A DNA stretch of 64,000 bases from Oscillospiraceae bacterium (lineage in GTDB: Bacteria > Bacillota > Clostridia > Oscillospirales > Ruminococcaceae): the NCBI GenBank assembly GCA_029266315.1, contig JAQSXA010000010.1, positions 37,398 to 101,397 on the forward strand. Reading direction: 5' to 3'. Below are positions 9,293-19,775 of this stretch, piece by piece; the stretch's first letter is position 1; the number at the start of each line of letters is the position of its first letter. The notes under the pieces are model-generated. The model was not told the origin of the DNA, searched no databases, and saw nothing but the letters and a program-made list of their open reading frames with translations. The position numbers and the translations under genes are program-made.

Positions 9293-10468
9293 CTATCTTA
9301 TGGCGGCGTTGCTAATCTGCTGCATGGTTGCAAAATAAAGTCTCTTTCCTATCACCTGTGCGCAAAGCGCATCCGGTGTTTCGGTAATTTCCTGCTTTTT
9401 TAACTGCGCATCAAAACGCACTGCACGTTCACCCAAAAATGCGATTAGGCCGTCGTCATAAAAATGAAGACTTTTTATGTTACGGTCAAAACTGCCTTCC
9501 GCCGTCGGCACCGCGTTTTCATTTAGCAAAACCAGTCTTACAGTATGCGCCGATTCAAAGTCACCGATAGCAAGTGCCACAGCACCATCAGGCGCAATGG
9601 CAAAACTTGCAATATGTTCATCCGACAGCGAATAGCTATTTGCTTTGCCACTGATATTTGATAGGCGATGCACTGCCCGGTCGGTAACAGCGGTAGCCTC
9701 CACTCCTTCCGTCAGCGAAAGTGCCAGAAGAAGCTCATTAGAAAGCACATGGGTGCAGCGCTCCTGACCGGTCGAAATCTCAAAGGCAGTCACCGCCGAT
9801 TCAAGTGCACCACCGTTTAAACCGACGCCACCCACCGCAATATAGCGCGCATTTTTGTCCAGCGCCAGGTTATAGATGATCCGCTCAGCCGAGACCCATA
9901 AAAACTGTTGTGTATAATTGGAATCGTAGACAATGACCTGTGACTGATCGCCCAGCGCTGCTGTTGAAACAGCACAGGCACCGGTTGGCGCAATGGCAGC
10001 GGTGTAGATTGGATAATCGAACTTATGTGAAAATATCACCGTATCGCCCGATCTTACCTCTAAATCATAGCCACCACGCGCATAGGTTAGAAGATAACGC
10101 CCAGCAGAAACCGCCAGCGTGTTTTTGCCCACCATACGCTCGTCTATCACCTGTTTGCCCGCCTGATTGTAAACCGAGATTGCGTTTTCAGTAACCAGTA
10201 CAGCCCGGTGGCCGACCGATGTTAGCTGCAGTGGCTCAGATGCGATGTCGATGGGATAGCCAGTCTGATCAAAGAGCATGGCAACAGTATCCGAAAGCAG
10301 CACACCAAAGCCCTGCGAGGCGATATCGAAGCGCAGTGCATAGGTTACTACGGCAAACGCAGTGACCAGCGCGACCACTAACAAACGCCGCACAGTTTTT
10401 CTAAAGGCATATTTTTTGCGTTCCTTTTCAAAATCGGTGGTTTTGCCCACGTTTGCGTCCCCTTTCAT
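9293..10468 (-). CDS. Hypothetical membrane-anchored protein, probable beta-propeller ectodomain (DUF5711-like)
   Basis: A basic N-terminus precedes one TM (LLVVALVTAFAVVTYAL). A repetitive beta-rich region of about 330 aa follows. No catalytic motif was recognised. Alternative start GTG 10450 follows AAAGGGGA. Confidence 0.5.
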   Translation of the reverse strand: MKGDANVGKTTDFEKERKKYAFRKTVRRLLVVALVTAFAVVTYALRFDIASQGFGVLLSDTVAMLFDQTGYPIDIASEPLQLTSVGHRAVLVTENAISVYNQAGKQVIDERMVGKNTLAVSAGRYLLTYARGGYDLEVRSGDTVIFSHKFDYPIYTAAIAPTGACAVSTAALGDQSQVIVYDSNYTQQFLWVSAERIIYNLALDKNARYIAVGGVGLNGGALESAVTAFEISTGQERCTHVLSNELLLALSLTEGVEATAVTDRAVHRLSNISGKANSYSLSDEHIASFAIAPDGAVALAIGDFESAHTVRLVLLNENAVPTAEGSFDRNIKSLHFYDDGLIAFLGERAVRFDAQLKKQEITETPDALCAQVIGKRLYFATMQQISNAAIR

Positions 10469-10495
10469 CAATATTCAATGCAGGTCGCTGCCGCA

Positions 10496-11263
10496 TCAAT
10501 TAGCTGCCGGAGATATATCGTCGTAAAGAACCTCCATCAGCATCAGCCCACGTGCGGGTGCCGTCATACCGGAGCGGCTACGCACTTTGGAGGTAATGAT
10601 ATCGGGGATGCTGTTGGCCGCAAGATTACCCTGCGCAATGTCCAACAATGTACCGGTCATAATACGTACCATGTTGTAGAGAAATCCATCGCCCACGACC
10701 GAAAATTCGATCAGATCACCCCGGCGTACCACAGAGCATTCAAATATTGTGCGCACGGTGTCTACAACCGAAGATCCGCTATTCTGAAACGCGGCAAAAT
10801 CAAAGGTTCCGACGAACTGCTGCGCCTGCGTATTCAAAAAATCAGCATCCAGACGATACGGAACGTGCAGCGCAAGTCCCTCATAAAAAGGATCGCGCAC
10901 GGTGCAATTTAAAATGCGGTAGCAATAGCGTTTGCCCTTGCACGAATAACGGGCGTGAAAATCCTGTGGAACCTCTCGGCAGGCTGTCGCCGCAATGGTG
11001 GGTGGCAGCTTGACATTCAAAGCCGGCACCAGGCGTTCGCACGGAATACGGCTATCGGTTAAAAACGAGACACAGTACATCGCGGCGCTAACCCCGGAAT
11101 CGGTGCGGGAACATCCCTTGACGTCAGGGCGGTGCTTTAATACCGCTTCGAGCGCATCCTGAAAAGCCTGCATCACGGTAGGGGCGTTTTTCTGAACCTG
11201 CCAGCCGCAAAACGTCCGGCCGTCAAAGCGCAGTGTCACCAGTATATTTCGCAAAGACAACAC
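10496..11263 (-). CDS. truA: tRNA pseudouridine(38-40) synthase TruA
   Basis: The catalytic motif is CSRTDSGVSA. The N-terminus RNILVTLRFDGRTFCGWQ matches the TruA pattern. The true start is possibly TTG 11254, downstream of GAGG. Confidence 0.9.
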   Translation of the reverse strand: MLSLRNILVTLRFDGRTFCGWQVQKNAPTVMQAFQDALEAVLKHRPDVKGCSRTDSGVSAAMYCVSFLTDSRIPCERLVPALNVKLPPTIAATACREVPQDFHARYSCKGKRYCYRILNCTVRDPFYEGLALHVPYRLDADFLNTQAQQFVGTFDFAAFQNSGSSVVDTVRTIFECSVVRRGDLIEFSVVGDGFLYNMVRIMTGTLLDIAQGNLAANSIPDIITSKVRSRSGMTAPARGLMLMEVLYDDISPAAN

Positions 11264-11290
11264 CTCAAGGCTTACTTATTAAAATCGACC

Positions 11291-12103
11291 TTAATACATC
11301 GACGGGAATATAAAATTCATGGCGACAACCAGCGCCACCATTAGTAGTGAGAAAGTCAATGCCCAAAAATCTCGCGGTGCATACTGGAGCTGTTTCATGC
11401 GGGTACGGCCTTCGTCGCCGTGGTAACAGCGGCATTCCATTGCCAGCGCCAGCTCATCCGCCCGCCGAAACGACGACACGAATAGCGGAATCAAAATGGG
11501 AATCAGCGCCTTGGCGCGGTCGATCAGTCCACCCGATTCCATATCAGCCCCGCGCGCCTTTTGTGCCGACATGATCTTGTCGGTTTCTTCGATCAACGTT
11601 GGGATAAACCGCAGCGCGATAGTCATCATCATGGCCAGCTCATGCACCGGTACACGCAAGCGCTTAAGCGGCGATAACAACCGCTCAATTGCATCGGTAA
11701 GCGCAATTGGAGAGGTGGTATAGGTTAAAAGCGAGGTGCCCGCAATTAAGCAAATGATGCGAACCACCATCAACACCGCTAACAGTACGCCCTCACGCGT
11801 TATTTTGATAATCCAAAGCTCAAAAACCGGCGTGCCCTCAACAAAAATCATGTTGAGTACAGCGGTAAAGATAATAATCGGCACGACAGGCTTAAGGCTG
11901 TTTTTAACCATGACTAGTGGGATTCCCGAAATCAGGTAACCAGCCAGCCCCATGGCAGCACAAATCAGCAGCCCTGCCATGTTATTGGCGATAAACAACG
12001 CCGTAATATAACCCATGGTCATGATGATCTTCATACGTGGGTCCAGACGGTGCAGCACCGAATTCCCCGGGAAGTACTGGCCGATGGTAATGTCTTTAAG
12101 CAT
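11291..12103 (-). CDS. ecfT: Energy-coupling factor transporter transmembrane subunit EcfT
   Basis: Polytopic membrane protein with coupling-helix motifs (ALRFIP, AQKARGAD). ATG 12103 overlaps the ecfA2 stop by 8 nt. It sits directly downstream of two EcfA genes. Confidence 0.9.
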   Translation of the reverse strand: MLKDITIGQYFPGNSVLHRLDPRMKIIMTMGYITALFIANNMAGLLICAAMGLAGYLISGIPLVMVKNSLKPVVPIIIFTAVLNMIFVEGTPVFELWIIKITREGVLLAVLMVVRIICLIAGTSLLTYTTSPIALTDAIERLLSPLKRLRVPVHELAMMMTIALRFIPTLIEETDKIMSAQKARGADMESGGLIDRAKALIPILIPLFVSSFRRADELALAMECRCYHGDEGRTRMKQLQYAPRDFWALTFSLLMVALVVAMNFIFPSMY

Positions 12104-12965
12104 TTGCGCCACCTGCCTTTCCCAGAGCACGCAAAAGCTCGCGCCGTGCGGCATCAACGGTGTAAACCTGTGTGCTGACATCGAAGCCTCTGCTTCTTAG
12201 TTCCATGAAAATCTTGGTCACCTGTGGTGCTGCAAGACCCATCTTCACCAACTCATCAGTTCGTGAAAACACCTCTTCGACCGTACCGTAGGCAAACAGC
12301 TTGGAGTCGTTGACTACCAAAACCTTCTTGGCATGGCGCGCCACATCCTCCATGCTATGCGAAACGAGCAGCACCGTGCTGCCGGTTTTTTTGTGGTATT
12401 CCTTTATCTGCGTGAAAATTTGTTCGCGCCCCTTTGGGTCAAGCCCCGCAGTAGGTTCGTCTAAAATCAGCACCTTTGGGCGCATAGCCAGCACACCCGC
12501 GATGGCAACGCGGCGCTTCTGACCACCCGAAAGCTCAAAAGGCGACTTTTGCATCACATCGGGGTCAAGGCCGACAAAACCGGCGGCCTCATAGACACAA
12601 TCCTTAACTTCTGCCGGTGACAGGCCCATGTTTGTCGGGCCAAAAGCGATATCCTTCTCAACAGTCTCTTCAAAAAGCTGATACTCGGGATACTGGAAAA
12701 CCAACCCCACGAGAAAGCGAAACTCCCGAATCTTTTTGGGGTCTGCCCAAATATCTCGCCCAAATATTGAAATGGTTCCGGAGGTCGGACGAAGCAGCCC
12801 GTTTAAATGCTGTATAAAGGTCGATTTTCCCGAGCCGGTATGCCCGATAACTCCGACAAAATCTCCTTCTTCAATTTCAAGAGAAAAATCGTCCACTGCA
12901 GTTTTTTCAAACGGTGTTTTGGGGGAATAAACGTAGCTGACGTGATCGGCTTTTACCGCAATCAT
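12096..12965 (-). CDS. ecfA2: Energy-coupling factor transporter ATPase EcfA2
   Basis: Walker [10 protein letters not shown], signature LSGGQKRR and Walker B LILDEPT. The start ATG 12965 forms an ATGA overlap with the ecfA1 stop. Confidence 0.9.
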   Translation of the reverse strand: MIAVKADHVSYVYSPKTPFEKTAVDDFSLEIEEGDFVGVIGHTGSGKSTFIQHLNGLLRPTSGTISIFGRDIWADPKKIREFRFLVGLVFQYPEYQLFEETVEKDIAFGPTNMGLSPAEVKDCVYEAAGFVGLDPDVMQKSPFELSGGQKRRVAIAGVLAMRPKVLILDEPTAGLDPKGREQIFTQIKEYHKKTGSTVLLVSHSMEDVARHAKKVLVVNDSKLFAYGTVEEVFSRTDELVKMGLAAPQVTKIFMELRSRGFDVSTQVYTVDAARRELLRALGKAGGANA

Positions 12966-13816
12966 GCTTTTGCCCCCTTTGCAGCTGAAAGTAGCTTTGA
13001 GAGTGCTTCGACACATTCTTCGTCGGTGATGATATCCTTAGGCAGGTCGATGCCGCTGCGGCGCAGCTCGTAGACAATCTCGGTTGCCTGGGGTACATCA
13101 AGCCCGACTTGTTTAAGCAACGAAACGTGCGAAAACACAACCTTTGGGGTATCGTCCAGCAGTACCTTGCCGTCATCCATGACTACCACTCGTTGGCAGG
13201 CAGCCGCCTCATCCATATAATGCGTGATCAAAATAATCGTCACGCCAAAATCGCGGTTTAACCGCGTAATCGTCTCCATAACCTCCTCGCGTCCGCGCGG
13301 ATCAAGCATCGCCGTCGGTTCGTCGAGAATTATGAGCTTGGGCATCATCGCGATCACCCCTGCAATGGCGATGCGCTGCTTCTGCCCGCCCGAAAGCTGG
13401 TGCGGCGCGTGCAGGCGGTAATCATACATCCCCACCTCTTTGAGTGCCTCATCCACCCTTTGACGAATTTCGTCAGGTGGAACGCCCAGATTCTCAAGGC
13501 CAAATGCCACATCCTCTTCGACGATGGTTGCGACAATCTGGTTATCGGGGTTCTGAAACACCATACCCGCTGTGCGTCGTAAATCTAAAAGCCGGTTCTC
13601 ATCAGCGGTATTGATGCCGTCAACGTAACAAACGCCACCCTGCGGCAGCAAAATGGCATTTAAATGCTTTGCAAAGGTCGACTTGCCCGAACCGTTATGT
13701 CCGAGCACCGCCATCATCTCTCCGTGCCGCACAGTCAGGCTCACTCTGTCTACTGCGGCTTCACGCTCACCGGGGTAGGCATAAACCAAATCCTGAGCGC
13801 TGATAATGTTCTCCAT
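12962..13816 (-). CDS. ecfA1: Energy-coupling factor transporter ATPase EcfA1
   Basis: Walker [10 protein letters not shown], signature LSGGQKQR and Walker B IILDEPT. It is first in the ecfA1-ecfA2-ecfT-truA string typical of Firmicutes. Confidence 0.9.
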   Translation of the reverse strand: MENIISAQDLVYAYPGEREAAVDRVSLTVRHGEMMAVLGHNGSGKSTFAKHLNAILLPQGGVCYVDGINTADENRLLDLRRTAGMVFQNPDNQIVATIVEEDVAFGLENLGVPPDEIRQRVDEALKEVGMYDYRLHAPHQLSGGQKQRIAIAGVIAMMPKLIILDEPTAMLDPRGREEVMETITRLNRDFGVTIILITHYMDEAAACQRVVVMDDGKVLLDDTPKVVFSHVSLLKQVGLDVPQATEIVYELRRSGIDLPKDIITDEECVEALSKLLSAAKGAKA

Positions 13817-13888
13817 AGTACTCCTTCTTTGCGTCTTGGTGCTCCCCGTTATTTAACAGCGGTGGAACCCGAAATTCAATAAGGTATT

Positions 13889-14752
13889 TTATGCTTGCCC
13901 AGCCCATATAGCGGTGGAACCCTGCGGTAACACCAATCCGTTGGACGAAACCGGCAAACCGATTTCGGAGGAGGAGCATGTCCCGCCGTTTTTGCCCGCG
14001 GTCACTGCGAGCAAGTATTGCATCACCGAGGGTGAAAGCCCGGTGGTGTAGGAATTCAGCAGCAAAAATAGTGCGTTGGGAGACAGGAGTTGCGTCACAA
14101 GACTGCAAAGCTCAAAGATGTTATCTTCTAGCTTCCAAACTTCGCCGCCCGGCCCGCGCCCGTAGGAAGGCGGATCCATGACGATGCCGTCGTAAGTGTT
14201 ACCACGGCGAATTTCGCGTTCAATGAACTTTTTGCAGTCATCAACAATCCAGCGAATCGGCGCACTTTCAAGCCCCGAGAGCTTTGCGTTGTCGCGTGCC
14301 CACTGCACCATGCCCTTAGCTGCGTCAACATGCACAACTGAGGCACCCGCCGCTGCACAGGCCAGCGTTGCACCACCGGTGTAGGCAAAGAGATTGAGCA
14401 CTTTTACAGGGCGATTCGCCTTTTTAATAGCATCCGCCATATAGTCCCAGTTGACGGCCTGCTCTGGGAAAAGCCCCGTGTGCTTAAACCCTGTTGGGCG
14501 TATCATAAAGCGTAGGTTTTTGTAGCCGATGACCCATTCGGACTTTTTAAGCGTCCGCTGTTCCCAGCTGCCCCCACCCTCGGCAGAGCGATGGTAACGG
14601 GCGTCAGCTTTCTCCCAGCGCGCACCCTTTGATGTGCTCCAGATCACCTGAGGGTCAGGGCGGACGAGCAACACATCGCCCCAACGCTCAAGCTTTTCGC
14701 CCCCGCTTGCATCTATCAGTTCAAAATCCTTCCAGTCGGCAGAAAATCTCAT
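13889..14752 (-). CDS. Class I SAM-dependent methyltransferase (RlmI/RlmK C-terminal-like, probable rRNA methyltransferase)
   Basis: The SAM-binding segment is VLNLFAYTGGATLACAAAGASVVHVDAA, and DPPSYG follows downstream. The substrate was not determined. Confidence 0.7.
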   Translation of the reverse strand: MRFSADWKDFELIDASGGEKLERWGDVLLVRPDPQVIWSTSKGARWEKADARYHRSAEGGGSWEQRTLKKSEWVIGYKNLRFMIRPTGFKHTGLFPEQAVNWDYMADAIKKANRPVKVLNLFAYTGGATLACAAAGASVVHVDAAKGMVQWARDNAKLSGLESAPIRWIVDDCKKFIEREIRRGNTYDGIVMDPPSYGRGPGGEVWKLEDNIFELCSLVTQLLSPNALFLLLNSYTTGLSPSVMQYLLAVTAGKNGGTCSSSEIGLPVSSNGLVLPQGSTAIWAGQA

Positions 14753-14802
14753 TGGGTTCTCCTTATTTATTGGAATTCAGGTTCCTTTTAAGTAGGACAT
14801 TC

Positions 14803-16149
14803 TTAAATTAAGTGTGTGCTGATGGCGGTTGCAATATCATCAGCCGCCTTTGTAATTTCATCCGCCGATTCGCCCTCAACCATCACCCTGATGTAGGGCT
14901 CAGTTCCCGAAGCACGTACGACTACGCGCCCACGCCCCTGCAAGATTTTCTGCCAGCGATCAATCTCGTCGCAGACCGCCGGATGGGTTGCCAGCGCAGA
15001 TTTCATGCTGGGGGTAGCGTTCACATTTCGCATAATCTGGGGGAATCGCTTCATCTCGCCACCTAGCACCGACAACGGCTTACCGGCAGCAGTCAGCGCA
15101 TTGAGCAGCATCACAGCCGAAAGCTGTCCGTCGCCCGTGGTGGCATGCTCTAAAAATATCATATGGCCCGACTGCTCGCCACCCAGCGAGAGGTTTTTCT
15201 CGCGCATTACCTCCAGCACATAGCGGTCGCCCACCTTTGTAACCTCGGTTTTGGTACCGCGGTTTTTCATAAGCTCAAAAAAGCCGAAGTTCGTCATAGA
15301 GGTGACCACCACGGTATCGTTATTTAGCTTACCATGCGCTAAAAGATAGGCACTAAGAATTGAAAGCAGCACGTCGCCATCAAGCAAATTGCCTTTTTCG
15401 TCCACTGCTAACAGCCGGTCGGCATCACCGTCAAAGGCAAGCCCAGCCGTATATCCGCCCTTTGTCACAAGCGGCGCAAGGCGTTCGATATGAGTGGAGC
15501 CACAGCTGTCGTTGATATTTACGCCGTCCGGCGCATCGGCCAGAAAATCGGCCTGAACGCCCATCGCGTCAAACAATCTTTTTGCGGTCGCAGCCGCGCT
15601 ACCATTGGCGCAATCTATCAGCAGCCTGCCCGAAAATCCACCGGCGTAAATATCGGTAATATAGTTAATGTAACTGCCTACGGCGTCGTCCACGCTTTTC
15701 ACGCGGCCCAGACCGCTGTGGGTTTTAAACTCATAGGGTTTTGTGCCGTCCAAGATAATGGCTTCAATCTCAGCTTCTTCGGCGTCGGTCAGCTTATAGC
15801 CGCTTGCGCCAAACAGCTTGATTCCGTTGAATTCATAAGGGTTATGGCTGGCTGAAAGCATGATGCCCGCGTCCGCCTTATAATGCTGCACCAGATACGC
15901 CACCGCGGGCGTTGGTACTACGCCCAGCAGCAATACATCCGCGCCGACTGAGCACAGCCCCGCCATTACTGCGGCCTGCAGCATATCGCCCGAAACACGC
16001 GTATCACGGCCGATAACCACCAGCGGTTTTTTATGTGTTTCTGCCGCTAATACCATTGCTGCCGCCCGCCCAATGTTCATAGCCAACTCAGTTGTCAGTT
16101 CAATTCCAGCCACACCACGTGCGCCATCGGTTCCAAATATTCTTCCCAA
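14803..16149 (-). CDS. glmM: Phosphoglucosamine mutase GlmM
   Basis: The active-site phosphoserine motif is SASHNPYEFNGIK, the metal loop is FDGDADR, and the N-terminus is GRIFGTDGARG. TTG start lies 7 nt after GGGGAGG. Confidence 0.92.
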   Translation of the reverse strand: MGRIFGTDGARGVAGIELTTELAMNIGRAAAMVLAAETHKKPLVVIGRDTRVSGDMLQAAVMAGLCSVGADVLLLGVVPTPAVAYLVQHYKADAGIMLSASHNPYEFNGIKLFGASGYKLTDAEEAEIEAIILDGTKPYEFKTHSGLGRVKSVDDAVGSYINYITDIYAGGFSGRLLIDCANGSAAATAKRLFDAMGVQADFLADAPDGVNINDSCGSTHIERLAPLVTKGGYTAGLAFDGDADRLLAVDEKGNLLDGDVLLSILSAYLLAHGKLNNDTVVVTSMTNFGFFELMKNRGTKTEVTKVGDRYVLEVMREKNLSLGGEQSGHMIFLEHATTGDGQLSAVMLLNALTAAGKPLSVLGGEMKRFPQIMRNVNATPSMKSALATHPAVCDEIDRWQKILQGRGRVVVRASGTEPYIRVMVEGESADEITKAADDIATAISTHLI

Positions 16150-16211
16150 AGCAATTCCTCCCCTGTCGGGCAGTTAATTTAGCCCGCAAGTTATTGATAT
16201 GTTGTCACACT

Positions 16212-17261
16212 TCAAAGTAAGCTAGTCTGATCTGAATCATTTTGTGGAGAAATAAGCCCGAGATGTTGAGCAGCCAGCGCCGTTGTGCAGCGCCCGCGCG
16301 GCGTGCGCGCCAAAAAGCCCAGCTGCATCAAATAAGGTTCGTAAACATCCTCGATGGTAATAGCTTCTTCGCCTGTTGCAGCAGCAAGCGTTTCAAGTCC
16401 GACGGGGCCGCCGTTGTAGTTTCTGATGATGACAGTAAGCATGCGGCGGTCGATTGCATCCAGCCCCAGCCGGTCAATTTCCAATCGAGAGAGTGCAATA
16501 TCGGCAATGTCACTGGTGATAATGCCATCACCCATCACCTGAGCAAAATCGCGCACGCGTCTTAACAGCCGGTTAGCGATACGTGGCGTACCCCGGGCGC
16601 GGCGCGCCAACTCGACGGCGCCATGCGCTTCACATGGAATATCGAGAATTTTGGCACTTCTCGTGATAATATCAGCCAACTCCTCGGGGTTATAAAGCTC
16701 CAGCCTCATCTGAACGCCAAAGCGGTCGCGCAGCGGTGCGGAAAGTTGCCCTGCGCGGGTCGTCGCACCGATCAGCGTAAAATGTGGCAAATCCAGCCGG
16801 ATGGAGCGGGCTGAAGGCCCTTTGCCAATCATAATATCCAGTTCATAATCCTCCATGGCGGGGTACAAAACTTCCTCCACTGTGCGGTTAAGACGGTGGA
16901 TTTCGTCAATGAACAGAATGTCGCCCTCGCCAAGGTTCGTGAGCAACGCCACCAGATCGCCCTGACGTTCAAGCGCCGGACCGGAGGTGACGCGAATCTG
17001 TACCCCCATCTCATTGGCAATAATCTGTGCCAGCGTGGTTTTTCCTAACCCCGGTGGGCCATAGAACAGCGCGTGGTCCAGCGGTTCCGCCCTGCGGCGC
17101 GCCGCCTCTAAAAATATTTTAAGGTTTTCCTTGACCTTGGTTTGACCGATATATTCATCCAAGCTGCGCGGACGCAGGGAAAGCTCGGTTTCAGAATCGA
17201 GCCGCGTATACTCCGGCGCAACGATGCGATTTTCAAAATCGGTTTCATCATTTCTCAGCAA
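16212..17261 (-). CDS. ruvB: Holliday junction branch migration helicase RuvB
   Basis: Walker [10 protein letters not shown] and Walker [10 protein letters not shown], with overall RuvB length. TTG start lies 7 nt after AAGGAGG. Confidence 0.95.
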   Translation of the reverse strand: MLRNDETDFENRIVAPEYTRLDSETELSLRPRSLDEYIGQTKVKENLKIFLEAARRRAEPLDHALFYGPPGLGKTTLAQIIANEMGVQIRVTSGPALERQGDLVALLTNLGEGDILFIDEIHRLNRTVEEVLYPAMEDYELDIMIGKGPSARSIRLDLPHFTLIGATTRAGQLSAPLRDRFGVQMRLELYNPEELADIITRSAKILDIPCEAHGAVELARRARGTPRIANRLLRRVRDFAQVMGDGIITSDIADIALSRLEIDRLGLDAIDRRMLTVIIRNYNGGPVGLETLAAATGEEAITIEDVYEPYLMQLGFLARTPRGRCTTALAAQHLGLISPQNDSDQTSLL

Positions 17262-17303
17262 GAAAAGACCTCCTTTTTCTGTTGATGGCAGTGTTTTTAT
17301 CCA

Positions 17304-17906
17304 CTAAAATCGCGCGAGCTTTTTTAAGCCACGTTTGACCAGTGCTTCCACTGTCATGTCGTCGGTACAATCGGCCAGCGCTCCAGCCGCCTCCGACTGA
17401 CTGTAACCCAGCGCCGCCAAAGCGGCTATTGCCTCGCTGAGGTTGCCTCCCTTTGCTGTGGAAGCAGAAACCGCCTCAAGTACTTTGGTATCTGCCGAGC
17501 CGAACCCGCCGAGCTTGTCCTTTAGTTCCAGGACAATGCGCTGTGCCAGTTTGTTGCCCACGCCTGCCGAACGCGTCAGCGCCTTGGCATCGCCAGAGGC
17601 AACAGCCAACGCCAGCTGACTGGAACTAAAGTCTGAGAGCAATGTCAGCGCCAGTCTGGCCCCCACCCCGTTTACTGTGGTCAGCAGCCGAAAGCTCGCC
17701 AACTCCTGTGAATCAGCAAAGCCGAAAAGATCAACCGAATCATCGCGAACCACCATGTGGGTCAGCAAAAACACCTCGCTGCCCGTAACAGGCATTTTGG
17801 TCAGCGTATTAAGTGACACCGCGCAGCGGTAGCCCACACCTGCGCACTCAATCACCACGCCGCCCGGCTCGGCGAGCAAGAGCTTTCCTCTAAGTGAATA
17901 AATCAT
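17304..17906 (-). CDS. ruvA: Holliday junction DNA-binding protein RuvA
   Basis: 200 aa. The N-terminus MIYSLRGKL, the HhH region VNGVGARLAL...SAGVGNKLAQRIVLEL and its position between ruvC and ruvB all fit RuvA. Confidence 0.93.
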   Translation of the reverse strand: MIYSLRGKLLLAEPGGVVIECAGVGYRCAVSLNTLTKMPVTGSEVFLLTHMVVRDDSVDLFGFADSQELASFRLLTTVNGVGARLALTLLSDFSSSQLALAVASGDAKALTRSAGVGNKLAQRIVLELKDKLGGFGSADTKVLEAVSASTAKGGNLSEAIAALAALGYSQSEAAGALADCTDDMTVEALVKRGLKKLARF

Positions 17907-18424
17907 CGGCTCCTCCTGTTGTTGTCGTTTAATACTGCACGCCGCATGGTTGAAACCGAAGCGCTGTGCGCGTGACAGATTGCGACAGCCAATGCGTCTG
18001 CAACATCATCCGGTTTCGGGCATTCTGGCAGGCACAAAATGCGGCGGGTCATATCCATGACCTGACGTTTTTCAGCGTTGCCATAGCCCACCACCGCCTG
18101 CTTGACCTGCATGGGGTTATACTCGAACGGCTCAACCCCGTACTGCGCCGCCGCAAGCAAAATGACCCCTCTGGCGTGTGCCACATAAATGCCGGTCGTC
18201 TTATTCTGTGAAAAAAACAGCTCTTCTATCGCCATGGCGTCGGGACGCACTCGCTCAATAAGCGCACACATGTCGCTGTAAATAGACGCCAGCCGCTTTT
18301 CAAACGGTACCTTAGGCGGCGTCGTAATAGCATCCGCCTCCAGCATGGTAAAACGTCCTTGGTTATAAGACACCGCGCCGCAACCGACAATGGCATACCC
18401 GGGGTCTATGCCTAACACCACCAT
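17903..18424 (-). CDS. ruvC: Crossover junction endodeoxyribonuclease RuvC
   Basis: MVVLGIDPGYAIVGCG contains the catalytic Asp motif. The start ATG 18424 follows GGGAGG. The stop overlaps the ruvA start (ATGA). Confidence 0.9.
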   Translation of the reverse strand: MVVLGIDPGYAIVGCGAVSYNQGRFTMLEADAITTPPKVPFEKRLASIYSDMCALIERVRPDAMAIEELFFSQNKTTGIYVAHARGVILLAAAQYGVEPFEYNPMQVKQAVVGYGNAEKRQVMDMTRRILCLPECPKPDDVADALAVAICHAHSASVSTMRRAVLNDNNRRSR

Positions 18425-18646
18425 CGGCTGAACCTCCCTGTTTATCCTAAATGGGTATATCTGACTTATTATAGCATAGACAGCCCTTTCCAACAAGCAG
18501 TGAAGCGTCGTATTTTGTGATCATTGCATGCGACGTTTACAAACGATGGATTACTTTAACGGATGAAGCTGGCTAGCTTTATAGCAAAAATCGACCAATC
18601 TCGTTTAATATTTACAAACCCTTCCAATTGTAGTAGGGTGAAGGAA

Positions 18647-19591
18647 ATGTTTTACAAAAGGATGATGAACGTGTTATGTGAGCATTGTGGTAAAGAGATT
18701 CCTGGAAATAGCAAATTCTGCCGGTACTGCGGTCAGCCCGTTGTGCCGCAACCCCCAATCCCCAGTGAAAGTGAACCAAGCAAATTACCATTAATTCTGG
18801 CAGCGCTTGTAGTCTGCGTCGTTGTCGTGCTTGGCATCAGGCAAATGACGGGGGATGCCAAACCAACATCTACAACACCGGCTGGCTCGTCTACAATGGC
18901 AAAGGAATCCAGCGCGCCAGAGTTGTCAGAATATGAAATCAACATGAAAAAATTGCATCTTGATATCGTTTATTTTTCAAAATACATGATTAGCGAAGAA
19001 CTATCCAATCCTGAGTCTATGTCTTTGACACATGACTGGGATGCTTTAACCAATTCAGGTGTCTTTATTACGCATTGTGGTACTGCCAAATATCTTAATC
19101 GTAATGGCGTTCAAACCGAACAACCCTTCAAAGCAACAATGGTTATTAATGGTGATAGGAGCAACGCATTTTTTATGACGTTAACGCTCGGTGATACCAT
19201 TCTGTATGATGAATGTTACCGCCTTGATGAAACAGGAAAGATTGTAGATTCCAACACTACTTTTGGGGATAGAGGTTATGGCGAACAAGTGTATGACGAC
19301 ATCACAAATCCCGATCTGTGGGAAAAGGGGCCAAATGACAACGGTTATACATCGCCGGATAATGATGGTGATCTCACCCTTGCCGACTATCAAGCCATTG
19401 AAATCGGCATGTCCTATAATCAGGTCTGCGAAATACTTGGTGGCCCCGGCGTAGAGCTTTCGCGTGCCGGCAGTGGAAAAAACGAAATCTTTTCGGTCAC
19501 CTGGACCAGTCCATCCGTTTTAGGTGCCAATATTTCCGTAATGTTTAAAGGCGGGAAAGTTGAATCTAAAGTACAGCTGGGTCTACAATAA
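18647..19591 (+). CDS. Zinc-ribbon / single-TM protein with extracellular region and C-terminal BLIP-like (DUF3862-type) domain
   Basis: CEHCGKEIPGNSKFCRYCG (CxxC-N10-CxxC) is followed by the TM LPLILAALVVCVVVVLGI. The C-terminal segment LTLADYQAIEIGMSYNQVCEILGGPG resembles small lipoprotein-like DUF3862 domains. The start is uncertain (18563, 18647 or 18662). Confidence 0.55.
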   Translation: MFYKRMMNVLCEHCGKEIPGNSKFCRYCGQPVVPQPPIPSESEPSKLPLILAALVVCVVVVLGIRQMTGDAKPTSTTPAGSSTMAKESSAPELSEYEINMKKLHLDIVYFSKYMISEELSNPESMSLTHDWDALTNSGVFITHCGTAKYLNRNGVQTEQPFKATMVINGDRSNAFFMTLTLGDTILYDECYRLDETGKIVDSNTTFGDRGYGEQVYDDITNPDLWEKGPNDNGYTSPDNDGDLTLADYQAIEIGMSYNQVCEILGGPGVELSRAGSGKNEIFSVTWTSPSVLGANISVMFKGGKVESKVQLGLQ

Positions 19592-19653
19592 TTTAATGCT
19601 TCTCGTCATTTTTGTAAAAAATAGTGAGCAGCACACCTGCATATGAAGTGTCG

Positions 19654-19691
19654 AAAAACGAGGCCTACGTCGCAATGTAGACCTCGTTTTT
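19654..19691 (+). terminator. Intrinsic terminator after the zinc-ribbon gene
   Basis: Stem acgaggcctac / gtagacctcgt (one mismatch) with an 8-nt loop, followed by TTTTT. Confidence 0.7.
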
Positions 19692-19729
19692 ATAATACTT
19701 TTGTCGTCAAACTCATTTTTGCACAAAAC

Positions 19730-19774
19730 AAAAACCGCACTGCCCGCCGAAAACGGCTTAGCAATGCGGTTTTT
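19730..19774 (-). terminator. Hairpin terminator immediately 3' of tRNA-Val
   Basis: Reverse strand reads ccgcattgc...gcagtgcgg with an inner gccg/cggc stem, followed by TTTTT. It begins 2 nt after the tRNA CCA end. Confidence 0.65.
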
Positions 19775-19775
19775 C

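Noticed and set aside
16150-16211. Possible glmS-type ribozyme or riboswitch near glmM
   Set aside because: The gap is only 62 nt and lies downstream of ruvB. The glmS ribozyme is associated with glmS, not glmM, and no conserved core is visible.
18425-18646. Strand switch (minus-strand block to plus-strand genes) as a possible replication origin
   Set aside because: There are no DnaA boxes (TTATCCACA-like) and no dnaA or dnaN nearby. The spacer is short and holds ordinary promoter sequence.
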